Source of the DNA: an uncultured Alphaproteobacteria bacterium
GTDB lineage: Bacteria; Pseudomonadota; Alphaproteobacteria; Acetobacterales; Acetobacteraceae
Length of the DNA: 64,000 bases
Direction: 5' to 3'
Assembly: GCA_963759425.1 (NCBI GenBank)
Contig: CAVWZM010000036.1
Span: forward strand, 2,060 to 66,059
The notes under the pieces are model-generated. The model was not told the origin of the DNA and made no database searches. It saw only the letters and a list, made by a program, of their open reading frames with translations. Below are positions 45,112 through 55,777 of this stretch, one piece after another; within the stretch, counting starts at the first letter, position 1; every line of letters starts with the position of its first letter. The position numbers and the translations under genes were made by a program.

Positions 45112-46440
45112 TCAGGTGCATGCGCAAGGTGGTGAACTCGGCCGTAGCCAGCGCGTGTGGCTTGGGAATGGCATCGCGGACTGTCAGCATGAGCCAGTAG
45201 GCGGCGGTGTGCAGGACGAGCCGCATCTGATTGGCGAGCGGGGAGCGGCAACTGGTGCGGTCGGAGGCAAGCTGGGTTTTGTGCAATTTGATCAGGTTTT
45301 CGGCTTGGCCGCGAGCGCAGTAGAGAGTCTGATAGAGCCATTGGGCGCGGCCACCGGTGATGTTGGTGACGACGTAGCGGATGTCGAATCCTTGTGTGGT
45401 GGCCTCGATCCGGGCAGGCACGGCGATCGGAGTTCCAGGATTTGGCGCCGTAAGGTGTCTCGGCAGAAGCGGCGCAGACTGGCGTCTGGCCAGAGCACGA
45501 CGGGTGCGAATGTCATCGGCAACCGGTCTCGACCAGCCGGTCGAGCACGAGGTTGCCGGGTAGACCAAAGATGAAGTCGACGACCATTCGCCTCGCACCA
45601 CGGCATGACTTGGGGACGGCCGTAATGGCCGTCGCCGCGGATGGTGATCCGGGTGTTGGGCCAGTGCCGGCGGATGCGACGGACCAGGCGGCGCAGGTGA
45701 CCGCGGATCTCGACGCCTGAGGGCGTCTTGCCGGGGCGCAGCAGCACCGCGACCGGCCGGCTCGTCGCGGTGTCGTAGACGTGGATCGGCAGGAAGCAAC
45801 GCTCGTCGTAATGGGCGTTGAACAGCGAGAGCTGCTGATGACCGTGAACGACATCGAGCTGTGTCATCGATGTCGAGCGTCACCGCGCGCGGCGGCCGCT
45901 TGTAGCTGGCGCAGTAGAGATCGACCATGACGCAGATCAGGCGGATCAGATCGCGCAGAGTGGGTGCATTCTCCCAGCGCGAGACGGTCGGCTGCGAGCA
46001 AAGGTCGTCGCCGCTATCCGGCAAGCGTCCACACGCCAACTTGAAGGCTGGATCGAAGCGTAGGTGATCGAGGTCATCGGCGTCCTCATAGCCGCAGGCA
46101 ATGGCGAAGATGCGGGCGCGCAGAATATCGGCGACGCAGTGGGTGACCAGCAACGGATTACGCGGGTCGGGGATCACGGAGCGAGCCGTTCGGCGATGCC
46201 GAGCGACGCTCGGCCGCGGCGAGCAAGCATGACGCCGCCGTCGGAGGTGATGCGTCCACCATCGAAGGCGGCGGTGACTTCTTGCGGCGACGGCTGGGAA
46301 ATGAACGGCAGCAGGCTATCTTCGAGCATGGCGGGTGTGGCAGTGTCCGATCGTGGAAGATTGGCTTCGACACCCAATCGTTCAAATCAGACGCTTACGC
46401 TACATCCGCCAGCGAATCCCGCATGCGCTGAATAAATGGG
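45101..46440 (-). mobile_element. IS1380-family element (transposase from 46329, frameshifted, 3'-truncated)
   Basis: AAFDGGRITSDGG, GYEDADD, SQPTVSRWEN, LDIDDT, RGDGHY, YCARGQAENLIK; probable left end CCCATTTATTCAGC at 46440. Confidence 0.9.
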
Positions 46441-47402
46441 CTGCTGCCCTGATGCAGATCGCCCCCACGGTTACCGCCGCGGCGAAGCGCTATGGCCGCA
46501 ACCGCGTGGCAGTGGTGCTGGGTACCAGTACCGCTGGGATCGCGGAAGGGGAGGTGGCACTGGCCGCTCGGCGCCTTGCCGGCCATTGGCCCGCCGGATT
46601 CGATTATCGCCAGCAGGAACCCGGCGGTCTGGCCGCCTTCGCGGCGCGCGTATTCGGTCTGACCGGCCCGGCCTACACGGTCACCACCGCTTGTTCCTCA
46701 AGCGCCAAAGGTGTTTGCCAGCGCCCGCAGATTGATCCGCTCCGGCATCGTCGACGCCGCATTGGTGGGCGGCGCCGACACGGTGTGTCGCATGACGGTC
46801 AACGGCTTCGCATCGCTCGAGGCCCTGTCCCACGGGTGCTGCAATCCGTTCAGCATAAATCGCGACGGGATCACCATCGGAGAGGGTGCCGCGGCCTTTC
46901 TGCTGTGCGGTGAAGCCGGACCGGTCGAGTTGCTGGGTTTAGGTGAGACATCGGACGCCTATCACCCTGCCGCGCCGGACCCTACTGGCAGCGGTGTACG
47001 GGATGCCATGGCTCAGGCGCTGAGCGATGCCCGCCTTTCACCGGCAGAGATTGGCTATATCAACCTGCACGGCACCGCGACGCCGCTGAACGACGCGATG
47101 GAGAGCCGCGCGATTGCAACCCTGTTTCCGCCGACGACCGCGTGCAGCTCGACCAAGGGCATGACCGGCCATTTGCTGGGAGGCGCCGGCGGGGTGGAAG
47201 CGGCGTTTCTCTGGTTGGCTCTCGCGGGTTGCCTCGAGGTGTTGCCACCGCACGTATGGGACGGTGTGGCCGATCCGGAGCTACCGCCGCTCGCGCTGGT
47301 TGTGCCCGGCACAGCAGTGGAGCCGCTCAGCCCGCTTGCCATGCTGAGCAATTCGTTCGGCTTTGGCGGCACCAACGTGTCGCTGATCCTGGGGCGCGCT
47401 TG

Positions 47403-47867
47403 ATGGCCCCCTGCCCCTGGTCGCCGGCCGAACTGCTGCCACACGCACCGCCAATGGTGCTGCTGGACACGGTGCTCGAATGGAACGACGACGGCGTGAC
47501 GGTCGGGCTCACGGTGCGCGCCGATGACCGTTTCTTCCAGTCAGGGCGGGGCATTCCGGCGCATCTCGGCATTGAATGGATGGCCCAGGCCTGTGGCGTA
47601 TTCAGCGGCCTGAAGGCTCGGAGCGAAGGCCGGCCCATAAGCCTTGGGCTGCTGCTCGGAACCCGTGACTTTCGCGCAGCTCGGTCCTGGTGGCGTGACC
47701 GCGAGGAGATTCGGGTCACTGCCAGGCTGGTCTATGAGAACGACGGTACGGGTGTGTTCGATTGCCGCGTTTTCTCCACGAATGGCGCCGAACTCGCGGC
47801 TGCCCGGCTGACCACATATCAACCCGGGGACCGCGACACGGTTCTCGCAAAACGCGCACTGGGGTGA
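47403..47867 (+). CDS. Hot-dog dehydratase (ApeP-like)
   Basis: LLPHAPPMVLLD, GIEWMAQ, GLLLGTR, LTTYQP. Confidence 0.88.
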   Translation: MAPCPWSPAELLPHAPPMVLLDTVLEWNDDGVTVGLTVRADDRFFQSGRGIPAHLGIEWMAQACGVFSGLKARSEGRPISLGLLLGTRDFRAARSWWRDREEIRVTARLVYENDGTGVFDCRVFSTNGAELAAARLTTYQPGDRDTVLAKRALG

Positions 47868-48598
47868 TGACCATGGACAGGACTGTTCTAGTCACGGGGG
47901 CGAGCAAGGGCATTGGCCGCGCGGTAGCTGCTCGGTTGGCCCGGGACGGGTTTCGCATCGCGGTGCACTACGGCACGGATGAGGCAGGTGCGAACGCGAC
48001 CTTGGCGGACGTCCGCGCGGCCGGAGCCGATGGGCGCCTGCTGTCGTTTGATATTGCCGACCGCGACGCCTGCCGCACCTCGCTGGAGGCCGATATCACC
48101 GCTCATGGCTCCTACTACGGGATCGTGCTGAGTGCCGGTATCGCCCGCGATGTGGCATTTCCCGCGATGGCGGATGACGACTGGGATGCCGTCCTGGGTA
48201 CCAATCTCGACGGTTTCTACAATGTCCTGCGGCCGGTGGTGATGCCCATGGTCTCGGCCCGACGGGGCGGGCGCATCGTTACACTTTCGTCAATCTCTGG
48301 TCTTGCCGGCAATCGGGGCCAGGTCAACTACAGTGCGGCCAAGGCAGGCATCATCGGTGCGACGAAGGCCCTGGCAGTCGAACTCGCGAAACGCGCCATC
48401 ACAGTCAACTGTGTGGCGCCCGGGATCATCGAGACGCAGATGGCCGAAGATCTGCCAGTGGAGGAGATCACGCGGATGATCCCGTTGCGCCGCCTCGGCA
48501 AGCCGCCGGAGGTAGCCGCCGTGGTAGCCTTTCTTTGCTCCGATGAAGCCAGCTATGTGACGCGGCAGGTGATCTCGGTCAACGGCGGCATGCTGTGA
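47867..48598 (+). CDS. 3-oxoacyl-ACP reductase (ApeQ/FabG-like)
   Basis: TGASKGIG, GNRGQVNYSAAK, YVTRQVISVNGG. Confidence 0.92.
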   Translation: MTMDRTVLVTGASKGIGRAVAARLARDGFRIAVHYGTDEAGANATLADVRAAGADGRLLSFDIADRDACRTSLEADITAHGSYYGIVLSAGIARDVAFPAMADDDWDAVLGTNLDGFYNVLRPVVMPMVSARRGGRIVTLSSISGLAGNRGQVNYSAAKAGIIGATKALAVELAKRAITVNCVAPGIIETQMAEDLPVEEITRMIPLRRLGKPPEVAAVVAFLCSDEASYVTRQVISVNGGML

Positions 48599-49824
48599 GC
48601 GACCGGCGCGTCGTCGTGACCGGCATGAGCGGGGTTACGGCGCTGGGCGACGACTGGGCTACGGTGGGCGCAGCTTTGGCCACTGGGCGCAGTGGGGTGC
48701 GCTTCATGGAGGAATGGGGCCGTTACGCCGGTGTAAACACCCGCCTCGCGGCCCCGGTGGACAGCTTCACGGTCGAGGATCGTTACTCACGCAAGCAACT
48801 GCGCACGATGGGCCGGGTGGCGCAAATGGCGGTGTACGCCAGCGAACGGGCCCTGGCCGACGCCGGGTTGCTGGAAGACCCGGTCCTTCGTGGCGGGCGG
48901 ACGGGGGTGGCCTATGGCTCCTCGTTCGGCAGCCCGGATGCGGTCGTCGGGTTCTACGAGCTTAAGAAGGATGGTGCCTCGCGCAACCTGAACGCGACCA
49001 GCTACATCCAGATGATGAGTCACACCGCGGTCGTGAACATCGGGCTGTTCTTCGGCGTGTGCGGCCGGATCATTCCGGCCTCGAGCGCGTGCACATCGGG
49101 CAGTCAGGCGATCGGCTACGGCTACGAGGCGATCCGGTGGGGCCGGGCGGATGTGATGATCGCGGGCGGCGCGGACGAACTGGACATCACGGACGCTGCG
49201 GTGTTCGACACACTTTACGCGACAAGTACGCGCAACGATCAGCCACGTTGCACGCCCCGTCCCTTCGATCGCGACCGCGACGGTCTGGTCATCGGCGAGG
49301 GGGCCGCCACGTTGATTCTCGAGGAGTACGAGCACGCCCGTGCCCGCGGTGCGCGAGTCCACGCGGAAATCATTGGCTTCGGGTGCAATTCCGACGGCAG
49401 CCATGTCACTCAGGGGCGAGCCGAAACGATGGCGGTGGCGCTGTCTTTGGCCCTGCAGGACGCTGGGCTGCCCGCCGATGCAATCGGATTCATTTCCGGC
49501 CACGGCACCGCAACGGAGTGGGGCGATATCGCGGAGACCGCGGCAACGAATGCAGTGTTCGGGCCAAGGGTGCCGATTCATTCGCTGAAGGGCCACTTCG
49601 GACACACCCTAGGCGCTTGCGGCGCGATCGAAGCCTGGTTGAGCATCGAAATGATGCGGGAAGGATGGTTCTGCCCCACGGCGAACCTTGCTCACGTAGA
49701 CGAGCGGTGTGGCGAACTGGATTACATCATGGCCGAACCACGGCTGGTTCAAGTAGGCTGCATGATGTCCAACAACTTCGCCTTCGGGGGTATCAACACC
49801 TCACTCGTTCTGCAACGAGTATGA
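48595..49824 (+). CDS. Beta-ketoacyl-ACP synthase (ApeR/FabF-like)
   Basis: SSACTSG, HGTAT, KGHFGHTLGACG, SNNFAFGG. Confidence 0.92.
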   Translation: MSDRRVVVTGMSGVTALGDDWATVGAALATGRSGVRFMEEWGRYAGVNTRLAAPVDSFTVEDRYSRKQLRTMGRVAQMAVYASERALADAGLLEDPVLRGGRTGVAYGSSFGSPDAVVGFYELKKDGASRNLNATSYIQMMSHTAVVNIGLFFGVCGRIIPASSACTSGSQAIGYGYEAIRWGRADVMIAGGADELDITDAAVFDTLYATSTRNDQPRCTPRPFDRDRDGLVIGEGAATLILEEYEHARARGARVHAEIIGFGCNSDGSHVTQGRAETMAVALSLALQDAGLPADAIGFISGHGTATEWGDIAETAATNAVFGPRVPIHSLKGHFGHTLGACGAIEAWLSIEMMREGWFCPTANLAHVDERCGELDYIMAEPRLVQVGCMMSNNFAFGGINTSLVLQRV

Positions 49825-50109
49825 ATGCTCCGTGGCTTTGAACGTGGCAACCAACGCGGTGCGACGCCAGGCTGCGTGATTGAGACGTGATCTTTTGTCG
49901 GCGCATCGCAACAAAGTCTTGCGCGGGCCGGGAATGTGCCACCTTTGTCGCGGCGTGGCTCGATGTTTCGCCGGAAACCGCGGGGAAGGACGCCATGTGC
50001 AGTGCGCAGGCAGAACGAAAATCGTTTGATCATCCTTCGGGTGCGACCAGAGTGGCTGGTGAAGGAGCCGGAGGAGGCGCTCGATCCCGGGGAGCCGATC
50101 TCTGCTTCG

Positions 50110-50665
50110 CCTCGCGCAGCCTTTACTATGAACCACAACCCGTGCCGGGGGCTGACCTCGCGATCATGCGCCGGGTCGACGCGCTGCATCTGGACTACCC
50201 GTTCGCTGGCAGCCGGATGCTGCGTGACCTGTTGCGCAGTGAAGGTTTCATCATCGGCCGTGAGAAAGTTCGGACAATGATGCGGCGGATGTGCATCGAG
50301 GCGCTGTATCGTCGGCCGAACACGTCCAAGCCGTGTCCAGGACACAAGATTTATCCATATCTGCTGCGTGGCCTTGCAGTCGAGCGGGCGCACCAGGTCT
50401 GGGCCATGGACATCACCTATATTCCGATGGCGCGCGGTTTTGTCTATCTCGCAGCGGTCGTGGAATCGTTCAGCCGGCGTGTTCTGGCCTGGCGGATTTC
50501 GATCACCATGGAAATCAATTTCTGCCTCGACGCGGTCGAAAAGGCACTGGCCAGGCACGGCAAGCCCGCCATTTTCAACACCGATCAGGGTTCGCAATTC
50601 ACCAGCGACGCCTTCACCGCCATGCTGTGGAAACGGAATCTCAATCAGCATAGATGGGCCATGGC
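50110..50665 (+). mobile_element. IS3-family transposase OrfB fragment (no ends, catalytic region truncated)
   Basis: YPFAGSRML, VWAMDITYIP, FNTDQGSQFTS. Confidence 0.85.
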
Positions 50666-50763
50666 GGGCTTTTCGGCCGACGAGGAGATCGCATTTTTCA
50701 CGCCACTGCGAGACGCTTTATAGATCTCGGCGGTCGGCTGCTTGGCGGCCTGGCCGCGGAGAA

Positions 50764-51867
50764 TCAGGTCGACGGTGCCGGTGCCGCGACCGCCGGTTTA
50801 GGGTCCAGCGCCAGGCGAATCGCCCGGCGAGCCGGAGCTTCGATTGCTGCATGGCAGATCCAGGCGAGCCCTATCACCAGGCAGCCGGTCAACGAGGTGG
50901 CAACCAAGTGGCGCACGACTGCGTCCCGGCTCGGGCGGAAAAGCACAAGATGATTCCAAACCGGCTGGGCACGGGAATGCAAAAGATAGATTCCGTAGGA
51001 TAGCATACCAAGGAAGTGGATCGGACCGCATCCGAGAAGCTTGATGGCGCATCCTTGGCCCACAGCCAACGCGAGCACCAGTGGCGGAAACAACAGGTAA
51101 AGTGCGGCATCGCTGTGCGGAACAAACAGCAGGCCCAACGTCGCCAGTGCCAATCCGGCGCTAACCCGGTTTCCGCGCAGCAAGTCTCTGATCCCGGGAT
51201 GTTTGGACGCACGCCACATCAACAGCCCAAGCGTAAAGCCGGCGAGGCAGCGCAGCAGCGCCGCCGGAGACGTATCGACGTCGAGCGGTCCCCTGAGTTC
51301 ATCGCCAAAGACTCCGCCCCACGACAATGCCAGGATGCCGCCAATCGCAGCGATGCAGAGGAAAGCCACGCCGAATGCTCGCGCCGCAGCGCCGCGGCTG
51401 GTCAGCCCAAGCAGCACCGGGAAGATAAGATACACTGCCCATTCGGTGCTGATCGACCAGGTTGGACCGTTGATGCTGTCATCGCAGGTCATGCTCTGTA
51501 TCATCAGCAGGTTCGTCAGCAGTGTCAGGGGTGTGGGCACCGGCGGATAACTCATGAGGCCGGTCATGAACGCAACCACTATGCCGGCGAGAAGAAAGAC
51601 ATAGAGCGGATAAATCCGGGCTATTCTATGTGCCAGGAAGGCCTGATACTTCTCACGGGTCCATCCATGCGCGGACCAGTGGCCGTAAACGGTCGCCATC
51701 ACGAACCCGCTCAGGACGAAGAACAGATCCACGCACAGGTAGCCGTGATTGAGAAAAGCCGAAAGCGGGCCGCCGGCTGATAGACTCCATTCGAAATGAT
51801 ACACCATTACGAGGATGGCAGCGATTCCGCGAAGACCGGTCAGGGCTCTGATCTCGCCTTGGCTCAA
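50764..51867 (-). CDS. Acyltransferase family 3 (OafA/YrhL-like) membrane O-acyltransferase, TTG start
   Basis: LTGLRGIAA..V..YH, VDLFFVLSGF, RIARIYP, WSISTEW, SYGIYLLH. Confidence 0.9.
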   Translation of the reverse strand: MSQGEIRALTGLRGIAAILVMVYHFEWSLSAGGPLSAFLNHGYLCVDLFFVLSGFVMATVYGHWSAHGWTREKYQAFLAHRIARIYPLYVFLLAGIVVAFMTGLMSYPPVPTPLTLLTNLLMIQSMTCDDSINGPTWSISTEWAVYLIFPVLLGLTSRGAAARAFGVAFLCIAAIGGILALSWGGVFGDELRGPLDVDTSPAALLRCLAGFTLGLLMWRASKHPGIRDLLRGNRVSAGLALATLGLLFVPHSDAALYLLFPPLVLALAVGQGCAIKLLGCGPIHFLGMLSYGIYLLHSRAQPVWNHLVLFRPSRDAVVRHLVATSLTGCLVIGLAWICHAAIEAPARRAIRLALDPKPAVAAPAPST

Positions 51868-51877
51868 ACGCCCGTCC

Positions 51878-52549
51878 TCATTTATAACTGCTAAACACCG
51901 GTTTGAGCCCATCGGCTGGGCCTTTCCGTGCCACGGCGACACCGTCGCTGCCTCGGAAATCACTGCAAGGATGTCCGGCCTGGAGCGGCTGTACGCCATA
52001 CGGCTTGAAATCGAACATGGTCCCGGCTCGCGGCCCCCTGCTGAACTGACAGACGGTGGTCAAATCGCTGACTGCAGCCGGGCCGTTTTTCGCGTCAGTG
52101 CTCGGCGTGGGGGCAACGTCGATACCGGCGATACCGGAGCTTCCCTGGAAGTCACTGCAAGGATGCCCGGCCGGGAGGGGCTGTACGCCGTAGGGTTTGA
52201 AATCGAACACGGTCCCGGCTCTCGGTCCACTGCTGAACCGGCAGATGGTGGTCAGGTTCAGGTCGAGGAGCGCGGCTGAAGCAGCGCTCGCGCCAGCACC
52301 TGGCGTGGCAGCAGCGCGATTACCCGCAGCGCCGGAGCTGCCCTGAAAATCACTGCAAGGATGGCCGATCGGGAGCGGGTGTACGCCGAAGGGCTTGAAA
52401 TCGAAAACGGTCCCGGCTTTCGGCCCGCTGCTGAACTGACAGACTGTGGTCAGTTCCAGGCTGTTATCGGTTTGCGGCCGAGCGGGTGTGACGTGACAAA
52501 GGGCTACGATGAGGAAAAGTCCGATTTTCAGCCGATGAACGACTATCAT
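51878..52549 (-). CDS. Secreted protein with three 41-aa Cys-pair repeats, function unknown
   Basis: GAGG ribosome-binding site; hydrophobic signal; repeats LTT(V/I)C(Q/R)FS(S/R)GP(K/R)AGT.FDFKP(F/Y)GV.PL..GHPCSDF.GS.G. Confidence 0.8.
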   Translation of the reverse strand: MIVVHRLKIGLFLIVALCHVTPARPQTDNSLELTTVCQFSSGPKAGTVFDFKPFGVHPLPIGHPCSDFQGSSGAAGNRAAATPGAGASAASAALLDLNLTTICRFSSGPRAGTVFDFKPYGVQPLPAGHPCSDFQGSSGIAGIDVAPTPSTDAKNGPAAVSDLTTVCQFSRGPRAGTMFDFKPYGVQPLQAGHPCSDFRGSDGVAVARKGPADGLKPVFSSYK

Positions 52550-52834
52550 GATTAGAACCTCGACTACGGTCTTCTCGGCCGCGTTACGAGGATAGCCGCT
52601 TTGAGCGCCGTTAGCATCTGGATACCGTGAAGAACCAGACACTGCTTCCCAATCCGCACCGAATGAACGGGCCAACCGTTGCCTACGCTCCTGTATGCGA
52701 GGCCAGGCCGGCCCAGCGTGCCGCGTACGGTCCGAGTCGATTGGGGCAATAAAGCGCAAGCGGCGTGCTGGCTCGGGTGCCGAGCGCGGCCAACTGGCTC
52801 GACTGGAGGACGGAGATCCGATCTCACCGCGATC

Positions 52835-52849
52835 TTAACCCGGCATTAA
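52835..52849 (+). promoter_or_regulatory. CtrA-type binding box upstream of the chemoreceptor
   Basis: TTAA-CCCGGCA-TTAA, an exact TTAA-N7-TTAA in GC-rich DNA. Confidence 0.7.
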
Positions 52850-52894
52850 TGGCGCCCCGCTAGTTCGTTCCGGACGAACCGGAGGCATTACGTC

Positions 52895-55261
52895 GTGATG
52901 AGCATCCTCAGCCGATTCAAACTGCGCGCCAAGCTGGCACTGCTACTGGTGCTGTCGACCGTGGCGCTGGTGGCGTCGATCGGCGGCGGTGCATCGATGC
53001 TGCACCGGCGCATGATCAACGATCGGTTCGACAAGCTCACCGCCATGGTTCAGTCCGCCAGAGGGCTGGCACAGTCACTTGAAGCCGAAGTGACGGCCCA
53101 TACCCTGACCCGGGATGAGGCCGTGGCGCGAATGCGCAATGATATCCATGGCATGCACTTCGACGGCGGCACTGGCTACATTGGAGCGATGACCGAGGAT
53201 GGCCTGTTCTCGATGCACGGCGTCAATCCGGCGCTGGAGGGGAAGGCGACGCCGACCGATCCGGTCAGTGGCAAGTCCCTCACGGTCCTCGCCAACGAAG
53301 CCTTGAACGGCTCCGATGACGGGGTGATTTCCTACATGTTTCCCAAACCCGGCCAGCAACAGGCGCAGCGAAAAATTTCGGCTGTCTCCCGCTTCGCCCC
53401 ATGGCGAACGACTTTCTTCTCCGGCGCCTATACTGACGATCTGGACGCTGACTTCCATTCGGTGCTGTTCGACCTGGGTACGATGGGCGGTGCCATTCTT
53501 CTCGTGACCCTGGTTTGCGCGTGGCTGATCAATCACGACATCAGCGGCTCGCTCCGCGCCTTGCAGACCGCCATGGCGACACTCTCCAAGGGTGACCTCG
53601 CAGTGGCCATCCCCGGGGCTGCCCGGCGCGACGAGGTCGGCGGGATGGCCGGCTCGGTCCTTGTGTTCAAGGAGCACATGCTGAGAGCGGAGCGGCTGGG
53701 TTCGGAACAGCAGCAGGAGCGTGAACGCGCGGAGGTAGCCAAGCGAGCCGCCCTGATCGCAATGGCTGAGCGGATCGAAACCGAGGCCAAGAGAGCGGTG
53801 CAGGAAGTCAGCCGGCGTGCCAGCCTGATGGCCGAGAATGCCAGCAGCATGTCCCGCTCCGCCAGCAACACAGGCACATCGGCCAGGAGCGCGGCCACGT
53901 CGGCGGCGCTGGTGCTCGGGAACGCACAGACAGTGGCGAGCGCGGCCGAGGAACTCACCGCCTCGATCCGCGAGATCAGCGGCCAGGTCAGCCACTCAAC
54001 CGCGGTCGTCGAGCGGGCGGTCGAAGCCGGTCGCACGACGCGCCAGACGATGGAGACGCTGAACGAGCATGTCGGACGCATTGGCGCGGTGGCGGACATG
54101 ATCAGCGCGATAGCCGGCAAGACCAACCTGTTGGCGCTGAACGCCACCATCGAGGCGGCTCGGGCCGGTGACGCCGGCAAGGGCTTCGCGGTGGTGGCCA
54201 GCGAGGTGAAGCAACTTGCCACCCAGACGGCCAGGTCGACCGAAGAGATCGGCCGCCATATCGCCGACGTGCGGACCGCCGCGGGCGCCTCGGTCACCGC
54301 GGTCGGCCACATCGAACAAACGATCGACGAGGTCAACGCCATCGCCGGGTCGATCGCCGCGGCGGTGGAGGAGCAGGGCGCCGCGACAGCGGAAATCGCG
54401 CGCAACATGACAGAAACGGCTTTGGCGGCCAATGAAATGACAGAGCGCGTCGATGAAGTGTCCGCCGAGGCCGAGGTGACCGGTAGGCAGGCGGCGGAGG
54501 TGCAGGAGAACACCAGCGGCCTGGACAACGCGGTGCAGGACCTGTCGCGCTCGATAATCCAGGCGGTTCGCACATCGACCGCCGAAGTCGACCGGCGGCG
54601 AGACCGCAGGCGCCCTTGCCTGATCAAGGCGACCCTGAGCTGTGACGGGCAGACAAGCGATGCATCTATCCACGATATCTCCGAACGCGGATGTTCTGGC
54701 GACGGTCACGCAGAGATATCGCGCCGGCCAGCGCCTGGCGATCGACGGGGCGAGTTTCGGCAGCCGGCTGCAAGGCACAGTGGTCGAGCAGGTCGAGGAC
54801 GCAGTGCACTTGTGTTCGCCGGCGAGGGAATGCAGGCGGAGGAGGCCGATCGCCTAAGCCTCACGACCATCGCGGAACTGGTGAAGTTGACGAAGAACGA
54901 CCATGTGATTTTCGTCAAACGTGTGGCCGACGCGGTTGCGGCACGCCAAGCGATCCCACCGGACAGCCTGGCGACGCATCATCACTGTCGCCTCGGATGT
55001 TGGTACAACTCGGTCGCTGACCCGGGGACCTTGGCCCTGCCGTCGTTCCACGCGATGATGGAGCCCCACTGCGGTGTGCATGATGCCGCCCGTAGGGCGC
55101 TTGCCGCGAACGCCGAGGGCGACCCGAACATGGCACAGCGCTGCGTGACGGAGATGCGGCAGCACTCGGACCGGGTCTTGCAATGTTTGGATGAGTTCGG
55201 CCGCGAGTACCCGTCGACGTTCACCCAACGTGGGGACCGTCCCGAGGCTGCTGTCGCCTGA
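52895..55261 (+). CDS. Methyl-accepting chemotaxis protein: Cache - HAMP - MCP - PilZ - CZB
   Basis: RRDEVG (HAMP); [34 protein letters not shown]; RRRDRR...DISERG (PilZ); DH..F...CRLGCWY...H..VH (CZB). Confidence 0.9.
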   Translation: MMSILSRFKLRAKLALLLVLSTVALVASIGGGASMLHRRMINDRFDKLTAMVQSARGLAQSLEAEVTAHTLTRDEAVARMRNDIHGMHFDGGTGYIGAMTEDGLFSMHGVNPALEGKATPTDPVSGKSLTVLANEALNGSDDGVISYMFPKPGQQQAQRKISAVSRFAPWRTTFFSGAYTDDLDADFHSVLFDLGTMGGAILLVTLVCAWLINHDISGSLRALQTAMATLSKGDLAVAIPGAARRDEVGGMAGSVLVFKEHMLRAERLGSEQQQERERAEVAKRAALIAMAERIETEAKRAVQEVSRRASLMAENASSMSRSASNTGTSARSAATSAALVLGNAQTVASAAEELTASIREISGQVSHSTAVVERAVEAGRTTRQTMETLNEHVGRIGAVADMISAIAGKTNLLALNATIEAARAGDAGKGFAVVASEVKQLATQTARSTEEIGRHIADVRTAAGASVTAVGHIEQTIDEVNAIAGSIAAAVEEQGAATAEIARNMTETALAANEMTERVDEVSAEAEVTGRQAAEVQENTSGLDNAVQDLSRSIIQAVRTSTAEVDRRRDRRRPCLIKATLSCDGQTSDASIHDISERGCSGDGHAEISRRPAPGDRRGEFRQPAARHSGRAGRGRSALVFAGEGMQAEEADRLSLTTIAELVKLTKNDHVIFVKRVADAVAARQAIPPDSLATHHHCRLGCWYNSVADPGTLALPSFHAMMEPHCGVHDAARRALAANAEGDPNMAQRCVTEMRQHSDRVLQCLDEFGREYPSTFTQRGDRPEAAVA

Positions 55262-55777
55262 GGGAGGTGCACCGGCGCGATCATCCGCCGGTCTGGGGAA
55301 GCGGCTGTGCCAACGCGGCGAGGCAGCAGATAGATCCCGAACGCGCATCGATTGCGTGTCGTGGCGACGCTGCGGCGCAATCGCGGGATGGCCTGGCGAG
55401 CGTCGCGGGTGATCGCGCAGCGCGAACAGTCTTCGACAGCATCAACGAGAACGACATACCGCCGGGCAACGGCGGACGCTCGGCCGATTGCCGCCGGCAG
55501 GACCGCTATATCGAACGGAGTATCGCAAGGGGCGGCCTCGCAACAGGCCAGCGCGCTACCCTGTCACAAAAGGGTCCGCGAAGGGGGCTGGCCAACAATC
55601 AGCTTTCAAAGTATTTTTGTTTCGAGAGCCCCGCCTCTTCGGAACGGATGCAAAGGGAAAGCGGCGGGGAAACTCAAATGCGCGGTGTTGAAAGGCCTGA
55701 CCATCGGATCGATCCCGTTCCGGGGAGGCATTTTCGCGTTATGTTCGATATGTAGACCAGAACAGGAGGAATGCAAG

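Larger units (their letters stand above)
43773..47403 (+). pseudogene. Beta-ketoacyl synthase (ApeO-like) interrupted by an IS630/IS1380 unit
   Basis: N-terminus ...DCRNNRMML (to about 43994) resumes ALMQIA...VVLGTSTAG...TACSSSAK...HGTAT..ND...SNSFGFGG after 46440. Confidence 0.9.

Noticed and set aside
51868-51999. Long overlap between the acyltransferase ORF and the repeat protein
   Set aside because: A TTG start at 51867 with a ribosome-binding site removes the overlap.
55270-55770. Long leader upstream of the GlcG-like gene as a riboswitch or ncRNA
   Set aside because: No recognisable aptamer consensus by eye; an Rfam/Infernal scan would be needed.
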